From contig JAFGHF010000042.1 of NCBI GenBank assembly GCA_016939375.1, forward strand, positions 1 to 56,929: a stretch of 56,929 bases of DNA. Direction: 5' to 3'. The stretch is from Candidatus Omnitrophota bacterium (GTDB taxonomy: Bacteria; Omnitrophota; Gorgyraeia; JAFGHF01). Position 1 is the stretch's first letter. Every line of letters begins with the position of its first letter. The notes below the pieces were generated by a model, which had not been told where the DNA came from, searched no databases, and saw nothing but the letters and a program-made list of their open reading frames with translations. Below, one piece after another: positions 8,741 through 19,893 of the stretch. The position numbers and the translations under genes were made by a program.

Positions 8741-11537
8741 GCGAAACCAAAGAAGCCACGGAGAGCCTAACTTGATACGTCATTCTCTGTGGCTTATTAT
8801 TTTAATAGTGGGGACTATAATAGGCATTAGTGCTCACTATCATCCTCTTTGTGCATTATCAGCACAATCGTTGACTTCTTCTTTGTTCTCCCAGGGCCAG
8901 ATTACACGCGAAGAGCTGGACAACGGGATGATCGTGCTTTTAAAAGAGAAAAAAGACATCCCGCTGGCAAGCATTTTTTTATGTGTGCGCTCAGGAAGTG
9001 CCCATGAGGGAAAATTCAAAGGCAGCGGCATCACTCACTTTATCGAACATATGGTCTTTAAAGGTACGGCCGAGAGGGCAAGCGGCGAAATATTTCAGGA
9101 AATCGAATCTTACGGCGGAGACATCAACGCTTTTACCAGCTATGATTATACAGGCTATAAGATTACCGTCCCCTCGCAATTCCTATATCCTTCGCTGGAA
9201 GTTCTTTCCGACATGATGGTCAATGCATCATTTGATAATAATGAGCTTAAGAAAGAAAGAGAAGTTGTCCTCAAAGAAATAAGAATGAGCTATGATGATC
9301 CCCAGAGGTTTATATATAGAAAACTCTGGGAGACAGCCTATCTGATTCACACCTACAAATATCCGATTCTGGGTGAGGAAGAACTGTTTAAGGAACTAAA
9401 CAGGGATAAGGTGCGGAAGTTCTATCAAAATAGGTACACCCCTGAAAACATGGTTTTATGCATTGTCGGAGACATAGAGAAAGACGATTCCTTGTCTTTC
9501 ATAAAAGACATCTTTAAAGACTTCCGCCGTAAGCCAAAAGCCGATCCAAGTATCTTGCCCGAGCCCCGACAACAACAACTACGCCAAGTGGAAGAAAAAT
9601 TCACTGCCGGGCTTACCTATCTGGCAATGGGATTCCATGGCGTATCCATCGCAGATGAAGACCTCTATGCCCTGGATGTGCTCTCAACAATATTAGGAGA
9701 AGGGGAGAGTTCCCGGCTATATGACCTGATCTGCCGGCAAAAGCAAATGGCCTACAGCATCAGCGCCATAAACTATACACCGGCGCAACCAGGCCTTTTT
9801 ATCATATCTTCCCTTTTGGAAGAAAATAAACGCGAGGACGTGCAAGGCCTAATACTTGACCAGATCGAGCTGCTAAAAGAAAAGTTCATTTCTGCAGACG
9901 AGCTAGAAAGCGCCAAAAATAGAATCATCAGCGATATCATCTTCTATAATCAAACATTAGAAGCCCAGGCCAGAGACCTGGCTTTAAATGAAATGATTAG
10001 CGGTGATTATAGATTCAGCGAATATTATGTCAATAATATCGAGGGGGTCCAAGCCCAGGACGTGTTGCGGGTTGCCAAACAATATTTAACAAAAGAAAAT
10101 CTAACAATAGTGGCATTGACCCCTAAAGAACCGGGCAAGGGATCTGTTTTTCAAGGACCGGGAAGACCATTGCAGATAGGAATAGAGCAACTATCTAAGG
10201 AAGAAATTACGGCAACTGAAGAAAATGGCGAGTCTGTGGACAACTCGCAAAAGATAACCGCCAAAAATGAGGTAAAAGAGAAATCTCTGTTAACGGCGAA
10301 AACCAACCGTGAAATCAAAAAATTCGTGCTTGATAACGGACTTACGCTAATAGTCAAAGAGGATAAGGACATGCCCTTAGTCTCAATCAAAGCCGCTTTT
10401 AAAGGGGGCCTGCGGGTAGAAAACGAAGATACAAATGGTATATGCAATCTGGTGGCAAAGCTTCTTGATAAAGGGACTAAAACCAAAGATGCCGAGGAAA
10501 TCGCCCATATGATAGAATCCAAAGGCGCCCACATCTCTGGCTATAGCGGGAGCAACAGCTTTTTTATCTCAATGGACCTACTGAGCCGCGATTTAGACAA
10601 GATGTTCGCTTTGTTTGCTGACCTTATTATCAACTCAGTATTTCCGGAGCATGAAATAGACCTGCAAAAAGAAAAGAATTTAGCAAAACTAAAAGGCATA
10701 GAAGACAATATATTTGAATCGGGCAAAAAGCTGCTCAAAGAGAACCTCTTTCAAAAACATCCCTACAGGATGGAAATAGTGGGAAATCAAAAATCTTTGC
10801 AAGGCTTAACAAGGAAAAACCTGATAGCCTTTTATGAGAAGTACTGCGTAGGCAAAAATATGGTCTTGACTGTCTTTGGAGACGTTGACAGCGATACGAT
10901 AGTTAAAAAGACAGAAGAGTATTTTGCTCAACTAAACAGTGGAGATATTGTCGAGGCCGTGTTACCTGCTGAAAGCGGGGAAAAATCGGTACGCAATGCT
11001 TCTAAAGCTATGCCAAAGCTGCAGAGCCTTCTCTTAATGGGCTTTCCAGGTGCTACCGTTTATAGCGAAGACCGCTTCGCGCTAGAACTAATCTGCCAGA
11101 TGCTTTCCCAATCTTCAGGCAGGTTATTTAAAGAGATCAGAGAAAAAGCAGGGCAAGCCTACACCTTGGGCGCCTATCAGGTGCTGGGGCTAGATCCGGC
11201 CTATATCACAATCTATGTCGCCACAACCAAAGAAAGCATAGATACGGTAAAAGATGGGGTTATCGGACAACTCACCCAGCTTAAAGAAAAACCGGTAAGC
11301 TCAGAGGAACTGGAACAAACTAAAAGAGCTCTGATCAGCCAGAGGCTGGCAAACCGCCAGACAAATTCAGAGTGCGCATTGGAAAGCGCGCTGGATGAGT
11401 TATACGGGCTAGGCTTTGATTTTTACCAAGAATATGCCGATAGAATAAACGCTCTAAGCGCTGAAAATGTCCAAAAGTGCGCTAATAAATACTTTGATTT
11501 TGATAACTATGCCCTGGTCATCATCGGGCCTAAATAG
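8700..11537 (+). CDS. tandem-domain M16 (pitrilysin/insulinase) zinc peptidase, membrane anchored
   Basis: The N-terminal half carries the HxxEH site ([12 protein letters not shown]). The second M16 unit lacks it ([11 protein letters not shown]). The start is uncertain: in-frame ATG at 8661 and 8700, TTG at 8772. The first two overlap rpsU. Confidence 0.8.
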   Translation: MKNPVSAKEKEKSRRNQRSHGEPNLIRHSLWLIILIVGTIIGISAHYHPLCALSAQSLTSSLFSQGQITREELDNGMIVLLKEKKDIPLASIFLCVRSGSAHEGKFKGSGITHFIEHMVFKGTAERASGEIFQEIESYGGDINAFTSYDYTGYKITVPSQFLYPSLEVLSDMMVNASFDNNELKKEREVVLKEIRMSYDDPQRFIYRKLWETAYLIHTYKYPILGEEELFKELNRDKVRKFYQNRYTPENMVLCIVGDIEKDDSLSFIKDIFKDFRRKPKADPSILPEPRQQQLRQVEEKFTAGLTYLAMGFHGVSIADEDLYALDVLSTILGEGESSRLYDLICRQKQMAYSISAINYTPAQPGLFIISSLLEENKREDVQGLILDQIELLKEKFISADELESAKNRIISDIIFYNQTLEAQARDLALNEMISGDYRFSEYYVNNIEGVQAQDVLRVAKQYLTKENLTIVALTPKEPGKGSVFQGPGRPLQIGIEQLSKEEITATEENGESVDNSQKITAKNEVKEKSLLTAKTNREIKKFVLDNGLTLIVKEDKDMPLVSIKAAFKGGLRVENEDTNGICNLVAKLLDKGTKTKDAEEIAHMIESKGAHISGYSGSNSFFISMDLLSRDLDKMFALFADLIINSVFPEHEIDLQKEKNLAKLKGIEDNIFESGKKLLKENLFQKHPYRMEIVGNQKSLQGLTRKNLIAFYEKYCVGKNMVLTVFGDVDSDTIVKKTEEYFAQLNSGDIVEAVLPAESGEKSVRNASKAMPKLQSLLLMGFPGATVYSEDRFALELICQMLSQSSGRLFKEIREKAGQAYTLGAYQVLGLDPAYITIYVATTKESIDTVKDGVIGQLTQLKEKPVSSEELEQTKRALISQRLANRQTNSECALESALDELYGLGFDFYQEYADRINALSAENVQKCANKYFDFDNYALVIIGPK

Positions 11538-11552
11538 AACTGACTAAAAATC

Positions 11553-12464
11553 ATGCTAGCGATTTCCACTGCCTGGAATTCCTGGAAATACTATAGGGCC
11601 AAAGAAATAATACAAGAGGTTAAAGCACTAGGTTTCGAGCAAGTAGAGCTGAACTTCAGCTTAAGCGCAAATCTGGTCGAAGAAATGTTTGCGCTTAAAG
11701 ACCAAGGGGCAATACAAGTGGTCTCTGTGCACAACTTTTGCCCAATACCCGTGGGTGTTCTCAGGCAATATGCTTCTCCTGATCTGCCTTCGCTTTCTTC
11801 AATCAACGAAAGGGAACGCCGGGCTGCAGTCAAATACACACAACAAACTATAGATACGGCATCAAGATTGCGGGCCCAAGCAGTGATCCTGCACACAGGC
11901 AGAGTGAAAATGCGCGAAAGGATCAGGGACCTGCGCCGTTTCCAAAAAAACGGAGAAACAAAAAGGTTCGCCAAGTTAAAAGAAGGCGTGCTTAAACAGC
12001 GTAGGACAAAGGCAAAAAAATTTTTTAATCAGGCCTTAAAAAGCTTAGAACAACTCTGTAAATATTCATTAAACAAAGGGGTAAAACTAGGCATCGAAAA
12101 TAGGTATTATATTAGCGAAATACCCTCTATCGATGAGATGCAGATCATATTGGAGAAATTCACTGCGCCTGCTCTTTATTATTGGCATGATGTAGGGCAT
12201 GCACAAGTATATGAAAACTTGGAAATCGCCATGCATAAACAGTTTTTAGATAGGTTTGGAGAGAGGCTGCTAGGTATGCACCTACACGATATAAAGGGGA
12301 TCGATGATCACCGTGCCCCCCTGCAAGGCACATTTGATTTCAAAATCCTTAAACCTTATCTGCGTAAAGATACCATTAAAGTCTTGGAGCCCCATCATCC
12401 AGCGACTAAGGAAGAAATAATTAAAGGCGCGGATTACCTCAAAAAACTTTTCGGAGAAAGTTAG
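11553..12464 (+). CDS. xylose-isomerase-like TIM-barrel protein (sugar phosphate isomerase/epimerase family)
   Basis: 303 aa. GFEQVELNF, GIENRYY, WHDVGHA and HLHD metal-ligand-type motifs. Confidence 0.65.
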   Translation: MLAISTAWNSWKYYRAKEIIQEVKALGFEQVELNFSLSANLVEEMFALKDQGAIQVVSVHNFCPIPVGVLRQYASPDLPSLSSINERERRAAVKYTQQTIDTASRLRAQAVILHTGRVKMRERIRDLRRFQKNGETKRFAKLKEGVLKQRRTKAKKFFNQALKSLEQLCKYSLNKGVKLGIENRYYISEIPSIDEMQIILEKFTAPALYYWHDVGHAQVYENLEIAMHKQFLDRFGERLLGMHLHDIKGIDDHRAPLQGTFDFKILKPYLRKDTIKVLEPHHPATKEEIIKGADYLKKLFGES

Positions 12465-12465
12465 A

Positions 12466-13266
12466 ATGTTGCGTGAACCTCAAGTAGCAGGCCAATTTTA
12501 TCCCGCTGCAGGCCTTAAGTTAAAGCAAAGCATAGATGCGCTGGTATCGAGAAAAAGCAAAAAGGAAGAAGCCTTTGGCCTGGTGGCGCCGCATGCCGGA
12601 TATATGTTTTCAGGCGCTGTAGCCGGCGCCTGCTTTTCGCGGGTAAAGTTGACTAAAACCGTAATAATTATCGGGCCTAACCATACTGGGCGCGGGGCTT
12701 TTTATAGCATTATGACTGAGGGGGCATGGAAAATGCCTATGGGTGATGTGCAGATAGATCAGGCCTTGGCTGAGCAAATCGCCCGGGAATCGAGATATCT
12801 GGAAAAAGACCATCGCGCGCATGCATATGAGCATTCCATTGAAGTGCAACTGCCTTTTTTACAATATTTCATGCCTGAGGTAAAAATCGTCCCTATAGTC
12901 TTAAGCGGGGCGGAATTTAAGATCTATGACGAAATCGGCCAGGCGATCGCCAAAGCCACAAAAACGCATCAAAAAGCTTTGATAGTAGCCAGCAGCGATA
13001 TGACTCATTATGAACCGCACCAGAGAGCCAAACAGAAAGATCAAATGGCCATTAATGAAATACTTAAACTGGACCCGAGCGGTCTATTAAAACTGGTAGA
13101 GGAACAAAACATCACCATGTGTGGTTATGGCCCGGTTGCCTGCATGCTATCTGCCAGCAAAGAACTGGGCGCAAAAAAGGCCAGCCTAATCAAATACCAA
13201 ACAAGCGGCGAGGCGGGGGGAGATTATTCCTCGGTAGTCGGTTATGCCGGCATAATAGTCCAATAA
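12466..13266 (+). CDS. MEMO1-family protein (AmmeMemoRadiSam system protein B-like)
   Basis: REPQVAGQFYP, APHAGYMFSG, IIGPNH, EHSIEVQLPFLQ and SSDMTHY motifs. Starts 1 nt after the previous stop. Confidence 0.8.
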   Translation: MLREPQVAGQFYPAAGLKLKQSIDALVSRKSKKEEAFGLVAPHAGYMFSGAVAGACFSRVKLTKTVIIIGPNHTGRGAFYSIMTEGAWKMPMGDVQIDQALAEQIARESRYLEKDHRAHAYEHSIEVQLPFLQYFMPEVKIVPIVLSGAEFKIYDEIGQAIAKATKTHQKALIVASSDMTHYEPHQRAKQKDQMAINEILKLDPSGLLKLVEEQNITMCGYGPVACMLSASKELGAKKASLIKYQTSGEAGGDYSSVVGYAGIIVQ

Positions 13267-13282
13267 GATTGGCGGATATAAA

Positions 13283-14254
13283 ATGGGCCCTACTGCAACA
13301 ATTCTAATATCATTGGTGGTTTTCGCATGCGCAATTTGGGGAGTCGTATTATTGGTCAAATTGCTTAAAAGGGGAAGGTCAGAAATGCCCAGCGAAGAGC
13401 TGATGAGGGTTTTTGCTGATGTCGGCGCATTAAAAGCAACGCTACAAAGTATGGAAGGGGGCCAGAGGGAGCTTTCTGCAAGCATCAAAGAAACGCAAAG
13501 AGTGACCGATAGCATCAAAACAGATTATGAATTGCGCAAAGAACTCTTCGAAAGACTGCGCCAGTCGGTCCAAAGGATGGAATATACGATCTCCGGCACT
13601 AAAAGAAGGGGGGAGGCGGGAGAAAACATCCTGCAGGATATACTTAAGGCCCTTCCTCCAAATATGATTGAAAAGAGTTTTCGTATCGGCGGTAAAGAAG
13701 TAGAGTTTGCCCTTGTCTTAAACAGCGAAAAAGTCGTACCCATAGATTCAAAATGGGCAGCCCAAGATCTATTAAGACAACTTGCCCAGACAGAAGACCC
13801 GGCTCAACAATCGAATTTAATAAATAAAATCGAAAATGAAATCAGCAAAAGGGTAAATGAGGTGGCACAATATATTGATCCGGCACGCACAGTGCCCTGG
13901 GCAGTTGCGGCGATACCCGATGCTGCGTTCTCAGTATGCCGCAGGGCCCATTTGGACTCCTACAAAAAAGGGGTGATACTTATTCCCTATAGCCTGACCT
14001 TACCTTATCTTTTGACGCTGTTTAATCTTTATCTACAATATGCCGGCTCAATCGATATCGAGAATCTACAAAATTACATCATGAACATAAAAAGACAACT
14101 GGAGTCGATGGAAACAACCCTGGAAAACAGCATCGTGCGTGCGGTAAAAATGATCGATAACGCAGCTAATGACTATAGACAAGCCTTGGGATCGATCCGC
14201 GGCTCCTTAACTACGCTGCAGGCCTCAAGGGCCAAGGTGAAGATTGATGAATAA
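13283..14254 (+). CDS. rmuC: RmuC-family DNA recombination protein (short form)
   Basis: N-terminal TM segment, a coiled-coil region, then RGEAGENILQDIL...VEFALVL...VVPIDSKW, resembling the RmuC nuclease-like core. Confidence 0.55.
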   Translation: MGPTATILISLVVFACAIWGVVLLVKLLKRGRSEMPSEELMRVFADVGALKATLQSMEGGQRELSASIKETQRVTDSIKTDYELRKELFERLRQSVQRMEYTISGTKRRGEAGENILQDILKALPPNMIEKSFRIGGKEVEFALVLNSEKVVPIDSKWAAQDLLRQLAQTEDPAQQSNLINKIENEISKRVNEVAQYIDPARTVPWAVAAIPDAAFSVCRRAHLDSYKKGVILIPYSLTLPYLLTLFNLYLQYAGSIDIENLQNYIMNIKRQLESMETTLENSIVRAVKMIDNAANDYRQALGSIRGSLTTLQASRAKVKIDE

Positions 14255-15206
14255 AATGAACTCAAAAACCAAAGTCTTTACTGTATTGCGCATTGTTTTC
14301 AGCCTGATCCTGTTTTTTATGCTCTTGTGGTTAGCTAGAGAGAACCTGACCAAGATCTGGGAGCTGCTTAGCTCGACCAACATGGTTTTTTATATTTTGG
14401 GAACAGTGTTTTTCCTCTCCACCATAGGCCTTTTGGCTTGGAGGTTAAAAATATTACTTAGCGCCCAAGGCGCGGATTTTACGCTCAAAGATATATTTTA
14501 TTTAAATCTGATCGGGCAATTTTTTACTAACTTTATGCCTACCACAATAGGCGGCGATGTGGTAAAGGGCTTATTTATATCTCAAAAGCTCAAAAGCAAG
14601 GTCTCTTCATATGCTGCCATCTTAGTAGACCGCATCGTGGGTATGTTTTCTTTGAGTTTGATAGCCGGCCTTGCCTTGATCATAGGCAGAAAGTCTATTG
14701 AACAAAGATTCATATTTTGGGCCGTAGGCTTGTTTCTTTTGGTTTGTCTGGCAACATTCATATTGCTTTTTAACAAAAAGCTCTCCGGCAAGATAATTAA
14801 AATATTCGGGCTGGTTAGAATATCACAGATGCTAAAGATTGAGGCTGCAGCAAATAGGGCATACCAGGCAGTAAATATTTACGAAAACCACAAAGACAAA
14901 GTATTGCGGTCTTTCCTGATTTCGGTGACCGCCCATTTTATTACTTTTAGCTCGGTATATATATTGGCCCATAGCCTCAGCGTATATGTGCCGTTCAGTA
15001 AGGTCCTGTTAATGATGCCCATAATCATCGTACTCTGCATGTTACCGGTGACCATGAACGGGCTGGGCTTGCGCGAATGGGCATTTGTACTGTTTTTTAG
15101 ATCAAGCATGGGTAGTGCTGCAGCGCTCTCCTTGTCGCTTCTTTATCTCTCAATGTTTTTGGTAATAAGTGTTTTTGGTGGACTTGCCTATTTATTTAGG
15201 AGGTAA
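14244..15206 (+). CDS. flippase-like / lysyl-PG-synthase TM-domain family membrane protein (UPF0104)
   Basis: 320 aa, polytopic. MPTTIGGDVVKG motif characteristic of the family. Confidence 0.65.
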   Translation: MMNKMNSKTKVFTVLRIVFSLILFFMLLWLARENLTKIWELLSSTNMVFYILGTVFFLSTIGLLAWRLKILLSAQGADFTLKDIFYLNLIGQFFTNFMPTTIGGDVVKGLFISQKLKSKVSSYAAILVDRIVGMFSLSLIAGLALIIGRKSIEQRFIFWAVGLFLLVCLATFILLFNKKLSGKIIKIFGLVRISQMLKIEAAANRAYQAVNIYENHKDKVLRSFLISVTAHFITFSSVYILAHSLSVYVPFSKVLLMMPIIIVLCMLPVTMNGLGLREWAFVLFFRSSMGSAAALSLSLLYLSMFLVISVFGGLAYLFRR

Positions 15207-15208
15207 AA

Positions 15209-15361
15209 ATGGACGATCAATTGTTAAAGATACTGGCCTGTCCGGCCTGCAAGGCAGATGTAGAACTAAAAGAGGGAAAAATCGTCTGTACTAAATGCGG
15301 GCGTAAATATCCAATTCGTGAAGGAATACCTATCATGCTTATTGACGAAGCAGAAGAGTAA
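15209..15361 (+). CDS. Trm112/YcaR-family small zinc-ribbon protein (50 aa; not in the supplied ORF track)
   Basis: My translation: MDDQLLKILACPACKADVELKEGKIVCTKCGRKYPIREGIPIMLIDEAEE. LACPxC...CxxC...YPIxxGIPxLL is the Trm112 signature. Confidence 0.8.
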   Translation: MDDQLLKILACPACKADVELKEGKIVCTKCGRKYPIREGIPIMLIDEAEE

Positions 15362-15377
15362 AAACGGAGGTAGATAA

Positions 15378-15818
15378 ATGGATAAGGTGTTGGTTATTCA
15401 CGGACCAAATTTAGACCTTTTAGGTAAACGTCAACCGGAGATCTATGGAAAAGTGACGCTGGAGGAAATCAACAAAAAGCTTAAGGCCTTGGCAAAGGGC
15501 AAAAACGTCGTGTTGGAGTTTATGCATTCCAATCACGAGGGCGAAATTGTGGAGGCAATAGGAAAGGCAAAAGACAAATTTCAGGCAATCGTAATCAATC
15601 CAGCTGCATATACTCATACTAGCGTGGCCATCCGTGATGCAATAGATGCAGTAGACTTGCCAGCCGTAGAAGTGCATTTGTCAAATATCTATGCCCGCGA
15701 AGAGTTCAGGCATACATCTTTGATCGCTCCGGTAGCAAAAGGACAGATTTGTGGCTTCGGCGTCAATAGTTACTTATTGGGCCTGGAAGCTGCAATTGGG
15801 CTAATTGAGGGTAAATGA
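15378..15818 (+). CDS. aroQ: type II 3-dehydroquinate dehydratase
   Basis: [37 protein letters not shown] and [15 protein letters not shown] motifs. Confidence 0.92.
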   Translation: MDKVLVIHGPNLDLLGKRQPEIYGKVTLEEINKKLKALAKGKNVVLEFMHSNHEGEIVEAIGKAKDKFQAIVINPAAYTHTSVAIRDAIDAVDLPAVEVHLSNIYAREEFRHTSLIAPVAKGQICGFGVNSYLLGLEAAIGLIEGK

Positions 15819-16864
15819 ACCGTACTGCGATAGATAAATTACGTCGTGCGATCGAACGCGACAAGCTAGATGCCTTGTTGGTCAGCAAGCCTAATAACGT
15901 CTCTTACCTTAGCGACTTTAACGGCGAAGGGCAGTTGTTGATAACGGCTACTAAGCAGTTTTTGATCACCGACTTTAGATATCAAGAAGATGCAGCTAAA
16001 AGCAAAAAGTCTTTTGAGCTTTGGGCTCGAGAAGGTTTTTCTCCTTTAGAGGAGAATATTGTCAGCCTGGCAAAAAAACTAAAATTACGGGGGTTGGGAT
16101 TTGAGTCTTATAATACTCCCTACGCTTTTTATCGCAGGCTCAAGAAGGCCTTGGGTAAAAAACACTTAATCCCTACCAGCAATATTATAGAAAAAATCAG
16201 GGCTGTGAAAAGCCCCAAAGAAATCAGAATCATAAGAAAAGCGGCATCTTGCGCAGTTGCCAGCTTCTCCTTTGCCAAAAACTTTGTTAAACCAGGAAAG
16301 ACAGAGGAAGAAATAGCTCAAGGTATACAATACTTTATGAAAAAAATAGGGGCTGAGGATAAGGCTTTTGACATTATTGTCGCCTCAGGCAAGAGGGCCT
16401 CTTTGCCCCATGCCTATGCCAGCAAAAAGTGTATTAAAAAAAATGATGCAGTTTTAATAGACCTGGGGTGCCGCAAATGCGGTTATAATTCCGACTTGAC
16501 AAGGGTAGTCTTTTTGGGTAAAATGTGGGGAAAAATTAAACGGATTTATGATATAGTACTGCGTGCGCAACAGCTTGCAATTGAAGCAGTAAGAGCAGGT
16601 GAACAAATCCGGACAATTGACAAGATTGCCCGCCAGCATATTGCCAATGAAGGCTTCAGCCCATTCTTTGGACACGCCCTGGGACACGGGATAGGCAGAG
16701 AGGTCCATGAATACCCGTCCATTTCTCCCCGTAACCAAGATCGGTTAGAAGCAGGCATGGTCATTACCATAGAACCGGGTATTTATATTCCCGGCTGGGG
16801 AGGAATCAGGATAGAAGATATGGTACTGGTAAAAAAGGACGGCTCTGAGATACTAACGGAGTAG
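15815..16864 (+). CDS. Xaa-Pro aminopeptidase (M24B family)
   Basis: Creatinase-like N-terminal domain. [28 protein letters not shown] and EPGIY metal-ligand motifs. Confidence 0.85.
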   Translation: MNRTAIDKLRRAIERDKLDALLVSKPNNVSYLSDFNGEGQLLITATKQFLITDFRYQEDAAKSKKSFELWAREGFSPLEENIVSLAKKLKLRGLGFESYNTPYAFYRRLKKALGKKHLIPTSNIIEKIRAVKSPKEIRIIRKAASCAVASFSFAKNFVKPGKTEEEIAQGIQYFMKKIGAEDKAFDIIVASGKRASLPHAYASKKCIKKNDAVLIDLGCRKCGYNSDLTRVVFLGKMWGKIKRIYDIVLRAQQLAIEAVRAGEQIRTIDKIARQHIANEGFSPFFGHALGHGIGREVHEYPSISPRNQDRLEAGMVITIEPGIYIPGWGGIRIEDMVLVKKDGSEILTE

Positions 16865-16871
16865 AGGAAAG

Positions 16872-17429
16872 ATGATAGGCACAAATCAATTTAAAAACGG
16901 TCTGACTATCATGTTAGACAATCAAATATTTACCATTGTCAGTTTTCAACATGTGAAGCCGGGAAAAGGCGGTGCTTTCGTGCGCACTAAGCTAAAAAAC
17001 ATCAAAACCGGCAATACTATTGACAAGACATTCCGCTCGGGAGAAAAGGTAGAACAGGCCTTCATCGAGCAAAAGAACCTCCAATTTCTTTATCACCAAG
17101 GCGGATTCTATCACTTTATGGACCAAGAGACCTTTGAACAGATGGAGCTTGCCGAAGACCGCCTGGAAGATAAGCTCAGGTTTCTAAAAGACAACATGGT
17201 CATCTCCATGATGGTATGCAAAGGAGAGATCATTGACATTAATCTACCCAACTTTGTAACATTGGCGATAAAACATACCGAACCCGGGGTACGCGCGGAC
17301 ACCGTAAAGGCAACAATGAAATCAGCGACATTGGAAACCGGGGCTAAAATCGATGTTCCGTTATTTATTGAAAAGGGCAATGTGATCAAAATAGACACCC
17401 GCACTGGTCAATACGTAAGCCGTGTATAA
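16872..17429 (+). CDS. efp: translation elongation factor P
   Basis: 185 aa. FQHVKPGKGGAFVRTKLKN loop with the conserved Lys. Confidence 0.93.
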   Translation: MIGTNQFKNGLTIMLDNQIFTIVSFQHVKPGKGGAFVRTKLKNIKTGNTIDKTFRSGEKVEQAFIEQKNLQFLYHQGGFYHFMDQETFEQMELAEDRLEDKLRFLKDNMVISMMVCKGEIIDINLPNFVTLAIKHTEPGVRADTVKATMKSATLETGAKIDVPLFIEKGNVIKIDTRTGQYVSRV

Positions 17430-17443
17430 AAAGTGAGGGCAAA

Positions 17444-17893
17444 ATGAATCTTAAAGAAATCAAAGAAATGATCAGCTTGATGAACGAAAATGGCTTGATG
17501 GAGCTTGAGCTGGAAAGAGACGGCTTAAAGATCAGGCTTAAGAAAAATGGGGCAGACATACAACAACAAATTGTTGCACCGCCGTCGTCCCAACTACAGG
17601 CTGAACTGCAGATGCAAAAAGAAGAAGGGCCGCTAAAGTCGGGAAGACAAGACTTGACAGAAATCAAGTCTCCTATGGTCGGGACTTTTTACCGCGCACC
17701 CTCTCCGGATAGCGCACCATTCGTAGATATGGGCAGTGAGATCCAAACTGGACAAGTAGTATGTATAATCGAGGCGATGAAGTTAATGAATGAAATCAAG
17801 TCAGAGGTAAATGGAAGAATCAAAGAAATCCTGGTTGAAAACGGCCACCCCATAGAATTTGGCCAAGTATTATTCCGGGTAGAACCATTTTAG
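17444..17893 (+). CDS. accB: acetyl-CoA carboxylase biotin carboxyl carrier protein
   Basis: [10 protein letters not shown] biotinylation motif. Sits in efp-accB-accC context. Confidence 0.9.
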   Translation: MNLKEIKEMISLMNENGLMELELERDGLKIRLKKNGADIQQQIVAPPSSQLQAELQMQKEEGPLKSGRQDLTEIKSPMVGTFYRAPSPDSAPFVDMGSEIQTGQVVCIIEAMKLMNEIKSEVNGRIKEILVENGHPIEFGQVLFRVEPF

Positions 17894-17898
17894 ACAAA

Positions 17899-19272
17899 AT
17901 GTTTTCCAAGATCCTTATAGCCAATCGTGGTGAAATAGCTTTAAGAATCATCCGTGCCTGCAAGGAGTTGGGTATACGCACAGTAGCGGTCTACTCTGAA
18001 CCGGATATCCGCTCTTTACATGTCCGCTTTGCCGACGAGGCCATCTGTATCGGCTCAGCGCTTCCCAGTCAAAGTTATCTGAGCATACCCAGTATCATCA
18101 GTGCTGCCGAGATCGCTGATGTGGAAGCGATACATCCCGGGTATGGCTTTCTTGCCGAAAATGCCCATTTTGTAGAGATCTGCCAATCTTGCAATATTAA
18201 TTTTATCGGTCCGAATCCTGAACCGATGCGTCTAATGGGTGATAAAATGCGGGCCAAAGATACTATGCGCAAAACAGGCATCCCCGTAGTACCAGGAAGC
18301 GAAGGAGTGATAAAGACCAAGGAAGAAGCGGTCAAAATCGCCAAGAAAATAAAATATCCGGTTATCATCAAAGCAGCTGCAGGCGGAGGAGGCAAGGGAA
18401 TGCGTATATGCCACAATGATGTGCGCCTAGCCAGCGCCCTCTATACTGCACAGGCCGAGGCCGAAGCAGCCTTTGGCAATGCTGATGTATATCTAGAAAA
18501 ATATTTTTCCAAACCCAGGCATATTGAATTCCAAATAATGGCCGATAATTATGGGCATGTAATACACCTGGGGGAACGAGACTGCACAATCCAAAGACGT
18601 CATCAAAAGTTGGTCGAAGAGGCTCCTTCTCCGGCCCTGGATGCGAAATTACGCAAGCGCATGGGCGAAGCCGCCCTTAAAGCCGTTAAAAGCGTCAATT
18701 ACAACAATGTAGGCACTATAGAGTTTCTTCTGGACGAAAAAAATAATTTCTATTTCCTGGAAATGAACACCCGTATCCAAGTCGAACACGGCGTTACTGA
18801 AATGGTAACCGGGATAGATATAGTCAAAGAACAGATAAAGCTGGCGGCTGGCGAGAAGTTACAGCTAAACCAAGACGATATTAAAATGAACGGCAGCGCC
18901 ATTGAATGCAGAATAAATGCCGAAGACCCAGAAAACAATTTCGCCCCTTTTCCCGGAAAAATAACTACTTATAATGCGCCCGGGGGCAGGGGCGTGCGCA
19001 TCGACAGCTGTGCCTACCAAAATTATGATGTATTGCCATACTATGACTCACTTATTGCCAAAATGATTACCCATGCAAAGACCAGACAAGAAGCGATTCA
19101 AATCATGCACAGGGCACTCGAGGAATACATAATCGATCCTGTAAAGACCACGATCCCTTTTTGCCTGGAAATAATGAACGACAGGCGTTTTCTAAAAGGG
19201 AAGATGTATACAGATTTCGTTGAAATAATGATGTCTGAAAAGCAAAAAGAAGTGCAAAAGAAAGAGAGGTAA
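17899..19272 (+). CDS. accC: acetyl-CoA carboxylase biotin carboxylase subunit
   Basis: 457 aa. [20 protein letters not shown]-grasp [12 protein letters not shown] and [10 protein letters not shown] motifs. Confidence 0.93.
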   Translation: MFSKILIANRGEIALRIIRACKELGIRTVAVYSEPDIRSLHVRFADEAICIGSALPSQSYLSIPSIISAAEIADVEAIHPGYGFLAENAHFVEICQSCNINFIGPNPEPMRLMGDKMRAKDTMRKTGIPVVPGSEGVIKTKEEAVKIAKKIKYPVIIKAAAGGGGKGMRICHNDVRLASALYTAQAEAEAAFGNADVYLEKYFSKPRHIEFQIMADNYGHVIHLGERDCTIQRRHQKLVEEAPSPALDAKLRKRMGEAALKAVKSVNYNNVGTIEFLLDEKNNFYFLEMNTRIQVEHGVTEMVTGIDIVKEQIKLAAGEKLQLNQDDIKMNGSAIECRINAEDPENNFAPFPGKITTYNAPGGRGVRIDSCAYQNYDVLPYYDSLIAKMITHAKTRQEAIQIMHRALEEYIIDPVKTTIPFCLEIMNDRRFLKGKMYTDFVEIMMSEKQKEVQKKER

Positions 19273-19274
19273 AA

Positions 19275-19889
19275 ATGAGGGCTTTGGCAATGTTTGTGAC
19301 TTTTATCTGCACTTTGATCTTTACGGTCATCGGGGCACTGCTATTCTCTTTTTCATTCGATGTATTCACTCTGCAAAATTTAACCGAATTTTTGCGTTAT
19401 ATATATCAATTTGAAGATATCAACTTGATCATAGGCGGGACAGGGCTATTTTTGGCCATAGCCAGCATCTTTACGGCACAGATATGTCTGGGAAAATTAC
19501 AAAGAGAAAAAACCATCGCTTTTAGCAACCCCGACGGAGAAGTAACGGTATCATTGACTGCGATAGAAGACTTTGTCAGAAGGCTCTCAACGAGCATAGT
19601 GGAAATAAAAGACCTGCGCAGTAATGTGATTGCCGGAAAGAAAGGCATCGAAATAAATGTACGGGTAAGCCTCTGGGCCGATGCCAATATTCCCGAGACT
19701 ACAAGCGCTGTCCAAGACATAATAAAAACCAGGATCCAAGAGATATTGGGAATAGAGGACCCCATCGTGGTACGCGTGCATGTGGGAAAAATCGTTCCCA
19801 AGGCTGAAAGAAAAAGACCGAAGAAAAAAGAATCAGATGAAGAAACACCCCCTTTTAGGGGAAGCATCGAATACGGAAAGGAAGGTTGA
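19275..19889 (+). CDS. AmaP/Asp23-related membrane-anchored protein (putative)
   Basis: Two N-terminal TM helices followed by an Asp23-like segment (VTVSLTAIEDFVRR...IEINVRVS). Basic tail. Confidence 0.45.
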   Translation: MRALAMFVTFICTLIFTVIGALLFSFSFDVFTLQNLTEFLRYIYQFEDINLIIGGTGLFLAIASIFTAQICLGKLQREKTIAFSNPDGEVTVSLTAIEDFVRRLSTSIVEIKDLRSNVIAGKKGIEINVRVSLWADANIPETTSAVQDIIKTRIQEILGIEDPIVVRVHVGKIVPKAERKRPKKKESDEETPPFRGSIEYGKEG

Positions 19890-19893
19890 ACAA

